Shown: positions 48,499 through 58,624 of the stretch, one piece after another
How positions within the stretch are numbered: position 1 is the first letter of the stretch
How the letters are laid out: the number at the start of each line of letters is the position of its first letter
NCBI GenBank assembly: GCA_963819715.1
Contig: CAWFXE010000001.1
Location: 196,332-260,331 of the forward strand
Reading direction: 5' to 3'
Length of the DNA stretch: 64,000 nt
Origin: an uncultured Solirubrobacterales bacterium
Lineage (GTDB): Bacteria; Actinomycetota; Thermoleophilia; Solirubrobacterales; 70-9
The notes under the pieces: model-generated
Told to the model about the DNA's origin: nothing
Seen by the model: only the letters and a program-made list of their open reading frames with translations
Database searches by the model: none
Program-made: the position numbers and the translations under genes

Positions 48499-49092
48499 TC
48501 AGTTCCCGGTGCCGGTAAGCGTCGCCTGGGCATCGCTGCCAGGCGTCGCTACGACGTGGAGCACCGACGTGTAGGGCTGTGGATTGGCGTTGCTGGTGGG
48601 CTTGAAGTAGGCGGTTACGGTGCAGCTGCCTCCCGGTGGCACTGCTGCCGTACAGGTGTTCCCGCTGACGACGAATCCGGGGGGATCGCCCGGGATCGGG
48701 TTGTTCGTTTCGACGATCGATGTCGCCGGAACCCCGCTCGCAGCGCTGCCCGTGTTGGTGACTGTGAAGGCCTGCTCGGTGCAATCCATATCCGGCGGGG
48801 AGGAACATGTCCCGTGCTGGACATCGGGGTAGGTGAACGCGGTCGGGCTGATCGTCAGCGTCGTGGTCGCAGTCGGCGTCGGCGTCGTCGGGTCCGCCAC
48901 GCACGTCTTCTTTTTCTTGCCGTTCTTCTTCTTGACGGTCACCTTATGGGTCCCCGCCGGGCACCTCTTCTTCTTCTTCTTCTTGGCAGCAGTGGCGCCC
49001 GGATCGCCGGCACCTGAAGCCGAGGTCGTCAGGCCCACCAGCAAACCGACCATCAACATCGCGGATACGACGAGCGCAATTCGATTTCTCAT
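48499..49092 (-). CDS. secreted protein with poly-Lys tracts
   Basis: ORF of 197 aa with a signal peptide. It contains AAKKKKKKRCPAGTHKVTVKKKNGKKKKTC followed by a Thr/Pro linker and a beta-rich domain. Confidence 0.55.
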   Translation of the reverse strand: MRNRIALVVSAMLMVGLLVGLTTSASGAGDPGATAAKKKKKKRCPAGTHKVTVKKKNGKKKKTCVADPTTPTPTATTTLTISPTAFTYPDVQHGTCSSPPDMDCTEQAFTVTNTGSAASGVPATSIVETNNPIPGDPPGFVVSGNTCTAAVPPGGSCTVTAYFKPTSNANPQPYTSVLHVVATPGSDAQATLTGTGN

Positions 49093-49203
49093 GGACGCCT
49101 TTCTCCCGCGGTTGGCGCCCGAGGCTCCCCACTGGCCAGCCGACTGACGATTGACAGGAGATGATCGTATGCGAGTCGCGGCATCGGGCGCAACCGCCCG
49201 TTG

Positions 49204-49580
49204 CTAGGGCTCGACTCTCCACCGAGCCCGCCACTCCGGCGGGTCAAAGCCCTCCGTGACGTAGATCGACTCGCGGGCGATCCGCTCACCGCGGAGCTCG
49301 AGGATGCTGATTCCGAAGCTCGGAGGACCGCCGTCGTAGGTGACGGTGAGCTTGGCGACCCAGACGTCCCCTTCGCCCCGGACCCGCTGGAACTCGAACG
49401 ATGTTTCGCCGGGTAGCTGCTCCGCCACTCGCGGAAGTTCTCGACGCCGACAAAGCGCTCACCGGACTGCGGGAACTCGAGCACCGCGTCCTCCGTGTAC
49501 ATCGCGTGACCCTTGTCGGGGTCTTCGCGGGCGTGGTCGAAATGCTGCTGCAGCATCGCCTGGACCGTCGCTGCATCCAT
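49204..49580 (-). pseudogene. NTF2/SnoaL-like protein, frameshifted near 49420
   Basis: The N-terminal half (MDAATVQAMLQQHFDHAREDPDKGHAMYTEDAVLEFPQSGERFVGVENFREWRSSYP) is in ORF 49089..49580. The C-terminal half (GETSFEFQRVRGEGDVWVAKLTVTYDGGP...) is in ORF 49204..49428. Confidence 0.6.
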
Positions 49581-49585
49581 GTGCG

Positions 49586-51607
49586 CTAGCCCAGGATGGT
49601 CTCGCGAGTGCCCAGCGCCGTGAGCACGCGCTCGGCGACCGCCTCGCCCGTGAAACCGACCTCCTCGCGGAGGAGCGCCGGCTTGCCATGCGTCACATAG
49701 CGATCCGGCAGGCCGATGCGCAGGACCCGCGCGCGCTCGGAGCCGTCGGTGAAGACATCCTCGACGTGCTCCAGGACTCCGGAGCCGAACCCACCCGCGA
49801 GGACGTTCTCCTCGACCGTGACGAGAAGATCGTGTTCGGCCGCGAGCTTCTCGATCAGCTCGCCGTCGAGGGGCTTGGCGAAGCGGCCGTCGGCGACGGT
49901 GGGCTCGAGACCCCGGCCGCGGAGGATCTCCGCCGCGCGAAGCGCGACCTGCACTCCGTAGCCGTAGCCGAGCAGCGCGACGCGTTCCCCGGGCAGCAGA
50001 AACTCGCCCTTCCCGATCTCGATCCCCTTGGGGGCATCCGGCATCGGAGCGCCCTCGGCGGCGCCGCGCGGATAGCGAAAGGCGATTGGGCCGTCGTCGT
50101 AGGCCAGCGCGGTATGCAGCATGTGCACCAGCATCGCCTCGTCCCGCGGGGCCATCACCACCACGTTCGGCAGCTGGCGGAAGTAGGAGACGTCGATGAA
50201 GCCGTGGTGGGTCGGGCCATCGTCGCCCACGAGGCCGGCGCGGTCCATCGCGAAGACCACGTTCAGCTTCTGCAGGCAGACGTCATGGACGAGCTGGTCG
50301 AAGGCGCGCTGCAGGAAGGTCGAGTAGATCGCGCATACGGGCTTCGCGCCCTGGATCGCGAGGCCGGAAGCGAACAGGACCGCGTCCTGCTCGGCGATGC
50401 CGACGTCGTAGTACTGATCGGGGAGCGCATCGGCCAGTTTGTTGAGTCCGGTCCCTCCCGCCATGGCGGCCGTGATCCCGATCACCCGCGGATCGCGCTC
50501 GGCTTCCTCGACGAGTGCGTCCGCGAAGACGGCCGTGTACTGGGGGGGCGCCTTGGGCGGCGGCTTCTCGAGCTTCTCGATCTTCTCCGGAGAGTCGGAC
50601 TCGCTGACAGGGACGACCGGCTTCTTCTCGGCTGGCTTGCCGTCGACAATGGAGCCGGGCTTGGCGGCGTGCCATTTCTCCATCCCCTCCAGGCCGCCCT
50701 CCTCGGCAGGCTCGAAGCCCTTGCCCTTGACGGTCTGGATGTGCACGACGACCGGCCGGCGAGCCTCGAGCGCCTTGCGCAGCGCATTGCGGAGCTCGGT
50801 CACGTTGTGCCCGTCGATCGGTCCCATGTAGGCGAGGTCGAGCTCTTCGAAGAAGAGCCCGGGCGCGTAGTAGGCCTTGATCGCGGCCTTCACCTCGGGG
50901 CCGAGTCGCTCGATCCGGCGGCCGAGACCCAGGGGCAGCTGGGTCAGCCGCTCCTCGGTGGTGGAGCGCGCCTTATAGAGACCCGGATTCAACCGCACGC
51001 GCTGGAAGTAGCGGGACATCGCCCCGACGTTCGGCGAGATCGACATGCCGTTGTCGTTCAGGACGATCACCATCGGCGTCTGCAGGCCACCGGCGTGGTG
51101 CAGCGCCTCGTAGGCGACGCCTCCGGTCAGCGCGCCGTCGCCGATCACCGCGACGACCCTGCCGTCCTCCCCGATTCCCTTCCGCATGGCCTCCTTGAGA
51201 CCGACGCCGTAGCCGATCGAGGTCGAGGCGTGGCCCGCGCCCATGATGTCGTGCTCGGACTCGAAGACCGAGCAGAAGGGAGCGAGGCCCTCGTACTGGC
51301 GGATGGTGCCGAGCTCGTCCTTGCGGCCGGTGAGGACCTTGTGCGGATAGGCCTGGTGGCCGACGTCCCAGAGGATCTTGTCCGTCGGCGAGTCGAGCAG
51401 GCTGTGGAGAGCGACCGTCAGCTCGCACGTGCCCAGGTTGGCGCCGAAGTGGCCGCCGATCTCGCCGATCGTGTCGATGATCAACTCGCGGACCTCCTGC
51501 GCCACCTGCTGGAGCTGCTCGTCCGAGAGCTCGGTCAGGTCGGCGGGAGAATCGATCGAGTCGAGCAGGCGCTGCTCGGGCTTCGGGTCGGTTGATTCCT
51601 CGGTCAT
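49586..51607 (-). CDS. dxs: 1-deoxy-D-xylulose-5-phosphate synthase
   Basis: ORF of 673 aa with GGHFGANLGTCELT, WDVGHQAYPHK and GDGALTGG. Confidence 0.95.
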   Translation of the reverse strand: MTEESTDPKPEQRLLDSIDSPADLTELSDEQLQQVAQEVRELIIDTIGEIGGHFGANLGTCELTVALHSLLDSPTDKILWDVGHQAYPHKVLTGRKDELGTIRQYEGLAPFCSVFESEHDIMGAGHASTSIGYGVGLKEAMRKGIGEDGRVVAVIGDGALTGGVAYEALHHAGGLQTPMVIVLNDNGMSISPNVGAMSRYFQRVRLNPGLYKARSTTEERLTQLPLGLGRRIERLGPEVKAAIKAYYAPGLFFEELDLAYMGPIDGHNVTELRNALRKALEARRPVVVHIQTVKGKGFEPAEEGGLEGMEKWHAAKPGSIVDGKPAEKKPVVPVSESDSPEKIEKLEKPPPKAPPQYTAVFADALVEEAERDPRVIGITAAMAGGTGLNKLADALPDQYYDVGIAEQDAVLFASGLAIQGAKPVCAIYSTFLQRAFDQLVHDVCLQKLNVVFAMDRAGLVGDDGPTHHGFIDVSYFRQLPNVVVMAPRDEAMLVHMLHTALAYDDGPIAFRYPRGAAEGAPMPDAPKGIEIGKGEFLLPGERVALLGYGYGVQVALRAAEILRGRGLEPTVADGRFAKPLDGELIEKLAAEHDLLVTVEENVLAGGFGSGVLEHVEDVFTDGSERARVLRIGLPDRYVTHGKPALLREEVGFTGEAVAERVLTALGTRETILG

Positions 51608-52503
51608 CAGGTGTGTCGGGTGTGGATGAAGTCGGTTATCCGAGCCAGATCGTCGGTCGCAGCGTCCGTCTCGGCGAGCGCTTCCCGCGCCTTTCGGTGC
51701 GACTGGGAGGCTAGCTCGCGCGCACGGTCGAGGCCAAACGCGCTGACGTATGTGAGCTTTCCGTGCCTTTCGTCGCTACCGCTCGGCTTGCCGAGCTCTT
51801 CGTCCGATCCGGTCACGTCGAGAATGTCGTCGACGATCTGAAACAACACGCCGAGCTCATCGGCGAAACGTCGGTACGGAATTGTCTCACCTTCCGGGAT
51901 CTCACCCAAGACCAATACGACGCCCACGCTGGATGCGATCAATCGCCCAGTCTTGAGCGAATGCATCTCGCGCAGCAGCTCCGCGTTGACCTCGCCCCCG
52001 GCCCCCGGACCGCCCTCCTCGAACTCCGTGACGTCGACGAACTGGCCGCCCACCATCCCCGCGACACCGGTCGCCGAGACGAGCTCACCGAGGGCGCCGA
52101 GCACGGCTGCCGGCTCGCCTTCCTGCTTGCGGGTGAACAGGCGCATCGACTCCGCGAAGAGCCCGTCACCGGCGAGGATGGCGACGTTCTCCCCGTATTT
52201 GACGTGCGAGGTGGGCATCCCGCGCCGGAGCTCGTCGTCGTCCATGGCCGGCAGGTCGTCGTGGATCAGCGAGTAGGTGTGGATCAGCTCGATCGTCGCG
52301 GCGGCGGGCAGCACCCGCTCGGGATCCATGCCGATCGAGCGGGCGGTGGCCAGCGCCAGCACCGGCCGAATCCGCTTGCCGCCCGCGAGCAGCGAGTAGC
52401 GCATCGCCTCGGCCAGGCCGGCCGTGGATGGCGTCTCCGAGAAGCTGAGGCGGGTCAGGTAGCGGTCGACCATCTCCCGAAGGTCGTCGGGGTACTCGCT
52501 CAT
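51607..52503 (-). CDS. polyprenyl (farnesyl/geranylgeranyl) diphosphate synthase
   Basis: ORF of 298 aa with LIHDDLPAMDDDELRRG and the second Asp-rich motif QIVDDILD. Confidence 0.9.
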   Translation of the reverse strand: MSEYPDDLREMVDRYLTRLSFSETPSTAGLAEAMRYSLLAGGKRIRPVLALATARSIGMDPERVLPAAATIELIHTYSLIHDDLPAMDDDELRRGMPTSHVKYGENVAILAGDGLFAESMRLFTRKQEGEPAAVLGALGELVSATGVAGMVGGQFVDVTEFEEGGPGAGGEVNAELLREMHSLKTGRLIASSVGVVLVLGEIPEGETIPYRRFADELGVLFQIVDDILDVTGSDEELGKPSGSDERHGKLTYVSAFGLDRARELASQSHRKAREALAETDAATDDLARITDFIHTRHT

Positions 52504-52511
52504 CCGGCGGC

Positions 52512-52715
52512 TCAGCCCTCTGGCGAGCCCTGAGCGCCGCGGAGTGCGCCCTCGACCGCGCGGCCCGCCTGCGAGGCGAGCTCGGAGGCCTCGCGGACGA
52601 GCTGGGCGGCGTGCTCGTCGTCGACGTCGCCCTCGAGCTGCGTCGCGAGCTGTTCGAGGCGGGCGGTGATCCGCTCGAGCTCCGCCGCGCCGCCGCCGGT
52701 CGATTCGCCTTCCAT
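52512..52715 (-). CDS. xseB: exodeoxyribonuclease VII small subunit-like protein
   Basis: A 67-aa helical peptide MEGESTGGGAAELERITARLEQLATQLEG... within ORF 52512..53276. The classic xseB-ispA-dxs gene order supports the call. Confidence 0.5.
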   Translation of the reverse strand: MEGESTGGGAAELERITARLEQLATQLEGDVDDEHAAQLVREASELASQAGRAVEGALRGAQGSPEG

Positions 52716-52741
52716 CGCGCGCGATGCTAGCTGTCCGCTTA

Positions 52742-53524
52742 CTACTGAGCGATCAATGCCGGAACGTCGGCGATCGAATCCACGATGGCCGTAGGGTCGA
52801 CGCCCGATCGCTCCACGAGATCCTCGCGGTACTTGCCCGTGCGGACCAGGATCCCGGCGAGCCCGGCCTCCATCGCGCCGCCGACGTCGGCCTCGACGTC
52901 GTCGCCGACCATCGCCGCGCGGTCTGCGCCGACGCCGAGCTCGCCGAGAGCCAGCTCGAAGAAGGCGGAGGACGGCTTGCCCATCACCTCGGCCTCGCGG
53001 CCCGTCGCGTACTCGAGCGAGGCGACGAACGGGCCCGCGTCCAGCGAGAGGCCGCCAGCCGTCTCCCAGTAGCGGTTCTTCTGCAGGGCGATCAGCTCGG
53101 CGCCGTCCATCAGCCGGCGGAATGCGCGGTTGAGGATGTCGTAGTCCCACCTCTCCCCCAGGTCGCCGACGATCACGGCGTCCGCGGAGTCGCCCTTCTC
53201 CTCGAGCCCCTCCAGGTCCTCGCGCAGCTCGTCGAGGACGACAAGCGCGACGGACTCGTAGCCCGCCTCCTCGCAACGCCGCTTCGCCAGGGTTGCCGGA
53301 GTGATCAGCTCATCCGGCTCGGCCGCGATCCCGAGCCGCTCCAGCCGCTCCAGGATCGAGCGGCGCGGGCGCATCGTCGTGTTGGTGACCAGCCGGATCG
53401 GGATGTCGTCAGCGCGAAGCCTCTCGAGAGCTTCGGCCGCACCCGGGACAGCGTCGTCCTGGACGTAGATCACGCCGCTGAGGTCGAGGAGGAGCCCCTC
53501 CACACCCTCGAGCGCGCCGGCCAT
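52742..53524 (-). CDS. HAD-superfamily (IIA-like) hydrolase
   Basis: ORF of 260 aa with LLLDLSGVIY, LVTNTT and MVGDDVEADVGGA. Confidence 0.75.
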   Translation of the reverse strand: MAGALEGVEGLLLDLSGVIYVQDDAVPGAAEALERLRADDIPIRLVTNTTMRPRRSILERLERLGIAAEPDELITPATLAKRRCEEAGYESVALVVLDELREDLEGLEEKGDSADAVIVGDLGERWDYDILNRAFRRLMDGAELIALQKNRYWETAGGLSLDAGPFVASLEYATGREAEVMGKPSSAFFELALGELGVGADRAAMVGDDVEADVGGAMEAGLAGILVRTGKYREDLVERSGVDPTAIVDSIADVPALIAQ

Positions 53525-53904
53525 CAGCCCGCGGCGCCTCGCTCCGCCAGGGCCGCGCCCAGGATCCCGTTGACGAACCCGGGAGCATCCGCGCCGCAGT
53601 ACTCCTTGGCGAGCTCGACGGCTTCGTCGATCGCGACCTCAACCGGCACGTCGTCCTCGTGCTGGGCCTCGTACAGCGCCACCCGCATGATGTTCTTCTC
53701 GAGCGGGGCGATCCGGCTCAGAGCCCACCCCTTCGCGTGGGCGGAGATCAGCTCGTCGAGCTCGGGCGTGTGGGCGTCGACCGCCTCGGCCAGCTCACGC
53801 GAGAACGGCTTCGTGCCCTCGAGCAGCGCATCGAGAGACCTCCCGGTGACCTCGTGCTGGTAGAGGGCGAAGACGGCGTCGCGTCTCTGGTCGGACCGCT
53901 TCAT
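53524..53904 (-). CDS. nusB: transcription antitermination factor NusB
   Basis: Internal start MKRSDQRRDAVFALYQ. The C-terminus has PGFVNGILG. It lies downstream of efp. Confidence 0.85.
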   Translation of the reverse strand: MKRSDQRRDAVFALYQHEVTGRSLDALLEGTKPFSRELAEAVDAHTPELDELISAHAKGWALSRIAPLEKNIMRVALYEAQHEDDVPVEVAIDEAVELAKEYCGADAPGFVNGILGAALAERGAAG

Positions 53905-53938
53905 ACCTGCATTAAACGGCTTGTCCTGGCAGTGGCGA

Positions 53939-54499
53939 CTACGCCCGGGAGACGTACTCGCCACTGCGGGTGTCGACTCGGACCCGCTCCCCCTCCTCGA
54001 TGAAGAGAGGGACCTGGACCACGACGCCCGTCTCGAGCGTCGCGGGCTTGGTGCCGCCGCCCGAGGCGGTGTCGCCCTTCAGGCCCGGATCGGTCTGGGT
54101 GATCGCCAGGTCCACCGCGCTCGGCGCCTGTGCCCCGGCGGGGCGTTCGTCGACGAACAGCAGCTCGACGTCGGAGTTCGGCGGCACCCACTTGAGCGCG
54201 TCGCCGACGACCGACTTCGAGATCTCGACCTGGTCGTAGCTCTGGTTGTCCATGAAGACGGCTGCCTCACCCGAGTCGTAGAGGAACTGCATCTTCCGGT
54301 TCTCGGTGCGCACCGGCCGGAACTTCTCGCCGGCCTTGAAGGTCTTGTCGATCACAGCCCCGTCGTCGACGCGCTTCAGCTTCGAGCGCACGAAGGCGCC
54401 GCCCTTGCCGGGCTTCACGTGCTGGAACTCGACGATGCGGAAGATCGTCCCGTCCACCTCGATGTGGGTGCCGTTCTTGAATTGGTTCGTACTGATCAC
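53939..54499 (-). CDS. efp: elongation factor P
   Basis: ORF of 186 aa with a GTG start. The sequence reads ISTNQFKNGTHIEVDG...VEFQHVKPGKGGAFVR. Confidence 0.95.
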   Translation of the reverse strand: MISTNQFKNGTHIEVDGTIFRIVEFQHVKPGKGGAFVRSKLKRVDDGAVIDKTFKAGEKFRPVRTENRKMQFLYDSGEAAVFMDNQSYDQVEISKSVVGDALKWVPPNSDVELLFVDERPAGAQAPSAVDLAITQTDPGLKGDTASGGGTKPATLETGVVVQVPLFIEEGERVRVDTRSGEYVSRA

Positions 54500-54530
54500 G
54501 AGCTGGAAGGCTAGACGGCCAGCCGCTCAG
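54478..54530. repeat. efp 5' junction, copy A (the functional efp start)
   Basis: Matches copy C (58625-58677) at 42 of 53 positions and copy B (56977-57019) at about 65%. Confidence 0.6.
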
Positions 54531-54626
54531 CCAGGGCCCTCACTCCAGTGGAGCAGCTGGAGACGACCAAAGGTCCCCTCCACGCCGCAGGAAACGAGGG
54601 GTCAGCCCGGGCTGATACCCCTCGAC

Positions 54627-55301
54627 CTATTTCGGGTCGCTGTCCCTCGGCCGAACGATCCCGGACTCATAGCCGAGCACGACAGCCTGGGCGCGGTCAT
54701 GGATGTCGAGCTTGGAGAAGATTCGGGCGACGTGACTCTTGACTGTCGCATCGCTGATCACCAGCTGGTCCGCGATCTGAGCGTTGGTGAGACCACGCGC
54801 AACCATCCCGAAGACCTCGCGCTCACGGTTGGTCAGCTCGTTGTAGCCCGGTGGCGGGTCGGCGCCGGGATCGGGAAGCTCGACGAAGCGCTCGATCAGC
54901 CGGCGAGTCACAGCCGGGGCGAGCAGCGCGTCGCCTGAGGCGACGGAGATGACCGCGGCGGCGAGCTCCTCGGCGGGCAGGTCCTTGAGGAGGAAACCGC
55001 TCGCTCCCGCTCGCAGCGCGCCGTAGACGTACTCGTCCAGGTCGAAGGTCGTCAGCACCAGCACATGCGTGCCCAGCTCGGGCGACTCATCCAGGAGGCG
55101 CCGGGTCGCCTCGATGCCATCGAGGACCGGCATGCGAACGTCCATCAACACCACGTCGGGGCGGGTTCGCCGGGCAGCCTGTAGCGCCTCCATCCCGTCG
55201 GCGGCCTCCGCAACCACCTCGACGCCGTGCTGCTCGAGGATCAACCGGAAGCCGGTGCGGATCATCTCCTGGTCGTCGGCGATCACCGCCCGGACGGTCA
55301 T
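54627..55301 (-). CDS. NarL/LuxR-family response regulator
   Basis: ORF of 224 aa with a receiver domain and a LuxR HTH (LTNREREVFGMVARGLTNAQIADQL). Confidence 0.9.
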   Translation of the reverse strand: MTVRAVIADDQEMIRTGFRLILEQHGVEVVAEAADGMEALQAARRTRPDVVLMDVRMPVLDGIEATRRLLDESPELGTHVLVLTTFDLDEYVYGALRAGASGFLLKDLPAEELAAAVISVASGDALLAPAVTRRLIERFVELPDPGADPPPGYNELTNREREVFGMVARGLTNAQIADQLVISDATVKSHVARIFSKLDIHDRAQAVVLGYESGIVRPRDSDPK

Positions 55302-56500
55302 TCGGGCTCCTGGTCCAGGGGTAGGCGGGCGAAGGCCCGGAACTCGCCGTGCTCGGTGAGGCCGGCCTCCAACTCCCCGCCGTAGAGATTTGCTCGCTCG
55401 CGCATCCCGATCAGCCCGTGTCCGCCACCGCGGACGCTCGATCGCTCGGCGATCGGGTTCCGGAGCTCGATCTCGAGCTGCTCGGGTCTGTAGCGAAGGG
55501 CCAAAGTTGCGGGGCTCTCACCGTGCTTGATCGCGTTTGTGATCGCCTCCTGCACGATCCTGTAGGCGGCCAAGTCAATCCCGGCCGGAAGCTCAGGCGG
55601 GCTGCCCTCACCCTCCACCCGGAGCTCGAGCCCCGCCTGACGGGCCCGGGCAACCAGCCCGTCGAGGTCGCCGAGCCCCGGTTGCGGCGCTACCCCGAGC
55701 CCCTCAGGGTCGGTGCGAATCAGCCCGAGGAGCCTGCGCATCTCCGAGAGCGCCTCGCGGCCGGTGGCCTCGGTTGAGCGAAGAAGCTCTTCGCTGCGCC
55801 CCGGCTCGTCGCGAAGCAGTTGACGAGCGGCGCCGGTTTGGACCACAACCACGCTCATTGTGTGGGCGAGAACGTCGTGCAGCTCGCGGGCGATCCTCGC
55901 CCGCTCCTCGGCTATCGCGCGCTCCCGCTCGGCGGCGCTCTGCGCTTCCGCTCTCGCGGCTCGGTTCTCGAGCTGGGCGGCGACCAACCGCCGGCTCCGC
56001 ATCGCATAGCCGCCGAGCCACGCCCCTCCACCGAGCAGTACGGAGAAGGCATAGTCGCCAGGGCCGCGGCCTCCCTCCAGGGCGAGCGCCATCCAGGCGA
56101 TCCCTTGCCCGACGGGAAGACTTGCCATCACGATTCGCCCATCGGCGGTGTGGGCCGCGAGCGAGTAGATCGCGACCAGCAGCCCGATCGAGACCGCAAT
56201 GCTCTGCTCGGCGTGACCTCCAGCGATCGCCTGCGCCGCGTAGGCGCCGTAGACCACTACGAATGCCGCGACCGGCTGCCGCCGGCGCCATGCGAGAGGG
56301 AGGGTGATCGCTGGAACGGCAACCGCGGCGGCCCCATCGTCTCCTGGAAAGCTCGTCGAGGCGAGCACCTCGAGCTCGGCGGCGACCGCGAGCCCGACGG
56401 CCAGCAAGGCGTCGGCCACAAACGGCGAAATCGAGCGGGCACGACGAGTGAAGGCCGGGCGCATGAGCGCGAAGGTAATGGACCGAGGTGGGACGTACAT
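55298..56500 (-). CDS. sensor histidine kinase (HisKA_3/NarX-DesK type)
   Basis: ORF of 400 aa with N-terminal TM segments, IARELHDVLAHTMS and an ATPase domain. The start may be the internal MRPAF. Confidence 0.85.
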   Translation of the reverse strand: MYVPPRSITFALMRPAFTRRARSISPFVADALLAVGLAVAAELEVLASTSFPGDDGAAAVAVPAITLPLAWRRRQPVAAFVVVYGAYAAQAIAGGHAEQSIAVSIGLLVAIYSLAAHTADGRIVMASLPVGQGIAWMALALEGGRGPGDYAFSVLLGGGAWLGGYAMRSRRLVAAQLENRAARAEAQSAAERERAIAEERARIARELHDVLAHTMSVVVVQTGAARQLLRDEPGRSEELLRSTEATGREALSEMRRLLGLIRTDPEGLGVAPQPGLGDLDGLVARARQAGLELRVEGEGSPPELPAGIDLAAYRIVQEAITNAIKHGESPATLALRYRPEQLEIELRNPIAERSSVRGGGHGLIGMRERANLYGGELEAGLTEHGEFRAFARLPLDQEPE

Positions 56501-56639
56501 CCGCCCACGAGGGGATCGGCGACCGGGAACATCATCCCCTGGGTGTAGCCAGGTTCAAGCGCGAGGCCGATGACAGGGCGCCGCTCGCGACCTAGCCTGC
56601 ACCTCGCTCGAAATCACCCACTCAACGGAGGCAACAAAG

Positions 56640-56852
56640 ATGATCAAGCGACAGACCCTGATCCCGCTCGGCGCCCTGCTGGTCGTCTGCTTCATCGGCA
56701 GCGGGGTGCTTAAGGACCAGAATTCGGGCGTGCTGGGAGTGCTCAGCTATGCGGCCTGGTTCGGATTCATCGTCCTCGCCGTGTTCTTCGTCGCCGTTGC
56801 GGCGGTGACGATCGTCCGAAACCTTCGCCGCCTCAACGGCAGCGAGTCCTAG
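56640..56852 (+). CDS. small membrane protein (hypothetical)
   Basis: ORF of 70 aa with two hydrophobic segments. Confidence 0.45.
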   Translation: MIKRQTLIPLGALLVVCFIGSGVLKDQNSGVLGVLSYAAWFGFIVLAVFFVAVAAVTIVRNLRRLNGSES

Positions 56853-56909
56853 CCGGGGACGGCATGATCCGCCGGGGATCGCCGGCGATCCAATCGAAGC
56901 TCTGCGGCC

Positions 56910-56941
56910 GCTAGCCGTCGCCATCTGTGGCGACGGCTAGC
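56910..56941 (+). terminator. perfect hairpin GCTAGCCGTCGCCA-tctg-TGGCGACGGCTAGC
   Basis: A 14-bp stem and 4-nt loop downstream of 56640..56852. There is no T tract. Confidence 0.4.
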
Positions 56942-56976
56942 TGTACCGGCAGTCAATGTGCGCATTGGTCCGCTAC

Positions 56977-57019
56977 AGAACCGGTTGGTGCTGATCAAGG
57001 GCAGAGAGGCTACGACGCC
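56977..57019. repeat. efp 5' junction, copy B (orphan stub LISTNRF...)
   Basis: On the minus strand, the TAG stop of the arginase-family gene is followed by 11 nt and then TTGATCAGCACCAACCGGTTC. Confidence 0.5.
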
Positions 57020-57903
57020 TCTGACTTGCTCTCGTAGCCGAGGACCTGTTCGAGCGCATCGACTACCCGAGTGGCATGGACGCCCTCGGGGTCGAGGTCC
57101 GGATTGAAGTCGGCGACCGAGATTCCGAGGAGGTTGGGAGCGGCTGCGAGTGGTCCCACGAGGGCGATCAGCTCGTCCCAGTCCAGCCCAAGCGCCTGCG
57201 GGTAGCTGACGGCCGGCAGCGCCCGCTCATCAAGGACGTCGAGGTCGAGGTGCAGCCATGCCGGACGCTCCGCGAGCCGGTCGGCGGCATCGCTCGCCAC
57301 CCGCGCGGGACCGCGCTCACGTATCTCCGCAGAGGTGAAGGCGTGGATCGCGGGGTCGAGGCGGGCGTTCTCGCGGGCGACGTCCGGGTGAAGCTCGGCG
57401 GGCCGATGTCCCAACAGCACGACGGCGGCCGGGTCGACCAGCGCTCCCTGATCTTCAAGGAGCCCGGGCGGCCCGTGACCCGTGAGGATCGCGAGATCCA
57501 TGTCGGCCGCCTCGCCGGTCGGCGAGCTCCCGCCATCGAAGAAGTCCGCGTGCCCGTCGACGAACCAAAGGCCGCTGGCGCGGGGCAGGGCGCGGAAGAC
57601 GCCGAGCAGCAGCGTGCAGTCCCCGCCAAGGACGAAGGGGCGCTCGTCGGCGTCCAGAAGCTCGCGCAGATCGGAGGCGATCGCGATCGTGGCCCGGCGC
57701 ACATCGGTCGCACCGACCACCCCGGTATGCGGATCCCGTTGTGTGTCGCGGATGCGGGCGTCGGCCTCTCCGGCATCGCGGGCGCCCAGGCTCCGGAGAA
57801 GTCCGGCCGAGCGAAGTGCGCCGGGCCCCCGCTCTTCCCCACGGCTCGCCCCCGAGCAATCGAGCGGGGCGTCGAGGAGGGCGAAGCAAGCCATCTCCTC
57901 CAT
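57010..57903 (-). CDS. arginase-family hydrolase (agmatinase/formimidoylglutamase-like)
   Basis: ORF of 297 aa with VLGGDCT, WFDGHADF and DLDVLD, which look like metal-binding motifs. Confidence 0.75.
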   Translation of the reverse strand: MEEMACFALLDAPLDCSGASRGEERGPGALRSAGLLRSLGARDAGEADARIRDTQRDPHTGVVGATDVRRATIAIASDLRELLDADERPFVLGGDCTLLLGVFRALPRASGLWFVDGHADFFDGGSSPTGEAADMDLAILTGHGPPGLLEDQGALVDPAAVVLLGHRPAELHPDVARENARLDPAIHAFTSAEIRERGPARVASDAADRLAERPAWLHLDLDVLDERALPAVSYPQALGLDWDELIALVGPLAAAPNLLGISVADFNPDLDPEGVHATRVVDALEQVLGYESKSEAS

Positions 57904-58015
57904 TCTTCCGGGCTGGGGCGCACCTCGGCCCCTGAAATGTGCGGGATTTTGCGGATACCGGCACCAATTCCGGCAGCTAGCATCGCCGTCGCGTCACCAC
58001 CGAGGGAGAGGACAC

Positions 58016-58597
58016 ATGAGGCGAAACGTTGCGACGATCGCTGCTGCCGTGATTGCGTTGGCGGTGGGCGGCATGGGCATCGCACGGGGAAGCTCCGGCC
58101 TGTCGCCCGAGCGCGCGAAAGCGGCAAAGAGCAAGAAGAGGCGCCACGCCCTCGACGTCGATTACAAGACGGGGCAAATAGACGTCATCAGCGAGGGCGA
58201 GGGACTAAGCGATGTGCAGTTCTCCGATGAAGCCAAGCTCGCGGGCCGTCCCTTCGGGAGCTACAAGGCGCACCTGGAAGAGGATCGTTTCTTCACGTTC
58301 AACGCCCCAAACCAGGTCCCCCGCATGGACTTCAGCGGCACGGAGCAGGTCAGCTTCAAGGCTGCCGTGTACGCGAGCAAGAAGTTCAGGGGCAGGGCCA
58401 CCGGCAAGTTCAGGGGCGTCTATGACTACTCGCTCGACTCTGACGGCAACATCCTGAATCCCATAACCGGCGTGATCACCAGCGGCAGCGGCACCTTCAA
58501 GGGCGCCGGGGGCAGGTTCGACGTGCTCGACCTCCACAGAACAAGCAACGACCCCGAGCGGCTAGGGGGACACTGGACGGGCTTCATCCGCTACTAG
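58016..58597 (+). CDS. secreted hypothetical protein
   Basis: The ATG at 58016 lies within ORF 57482..58597. The signal peptide is MRRNVATIAAAVIALAVGGMGIA. Confidence 0.55.
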   Translation: MRRNVATIAAAVIALAVGGMGIARGSSGLSPERAKAAKSKKRRHALDVDYKTGQIDVISEGEGLSDVQFSDEAKLAGRPFGSYKAHLEEDRFFTFNAPNQVPRMDFSGTEQVSFKAAVYASKKFRGRATGKFRGVYDYSLDSDGNILNPITGVITSGSGTFKGAGGRFDVLDLHRTSNDPERLGGHWTGFIRY

Positions 58598-58624
58598 ACG
58601 GCCGTGTGCATGTTGTTCCGGTAC

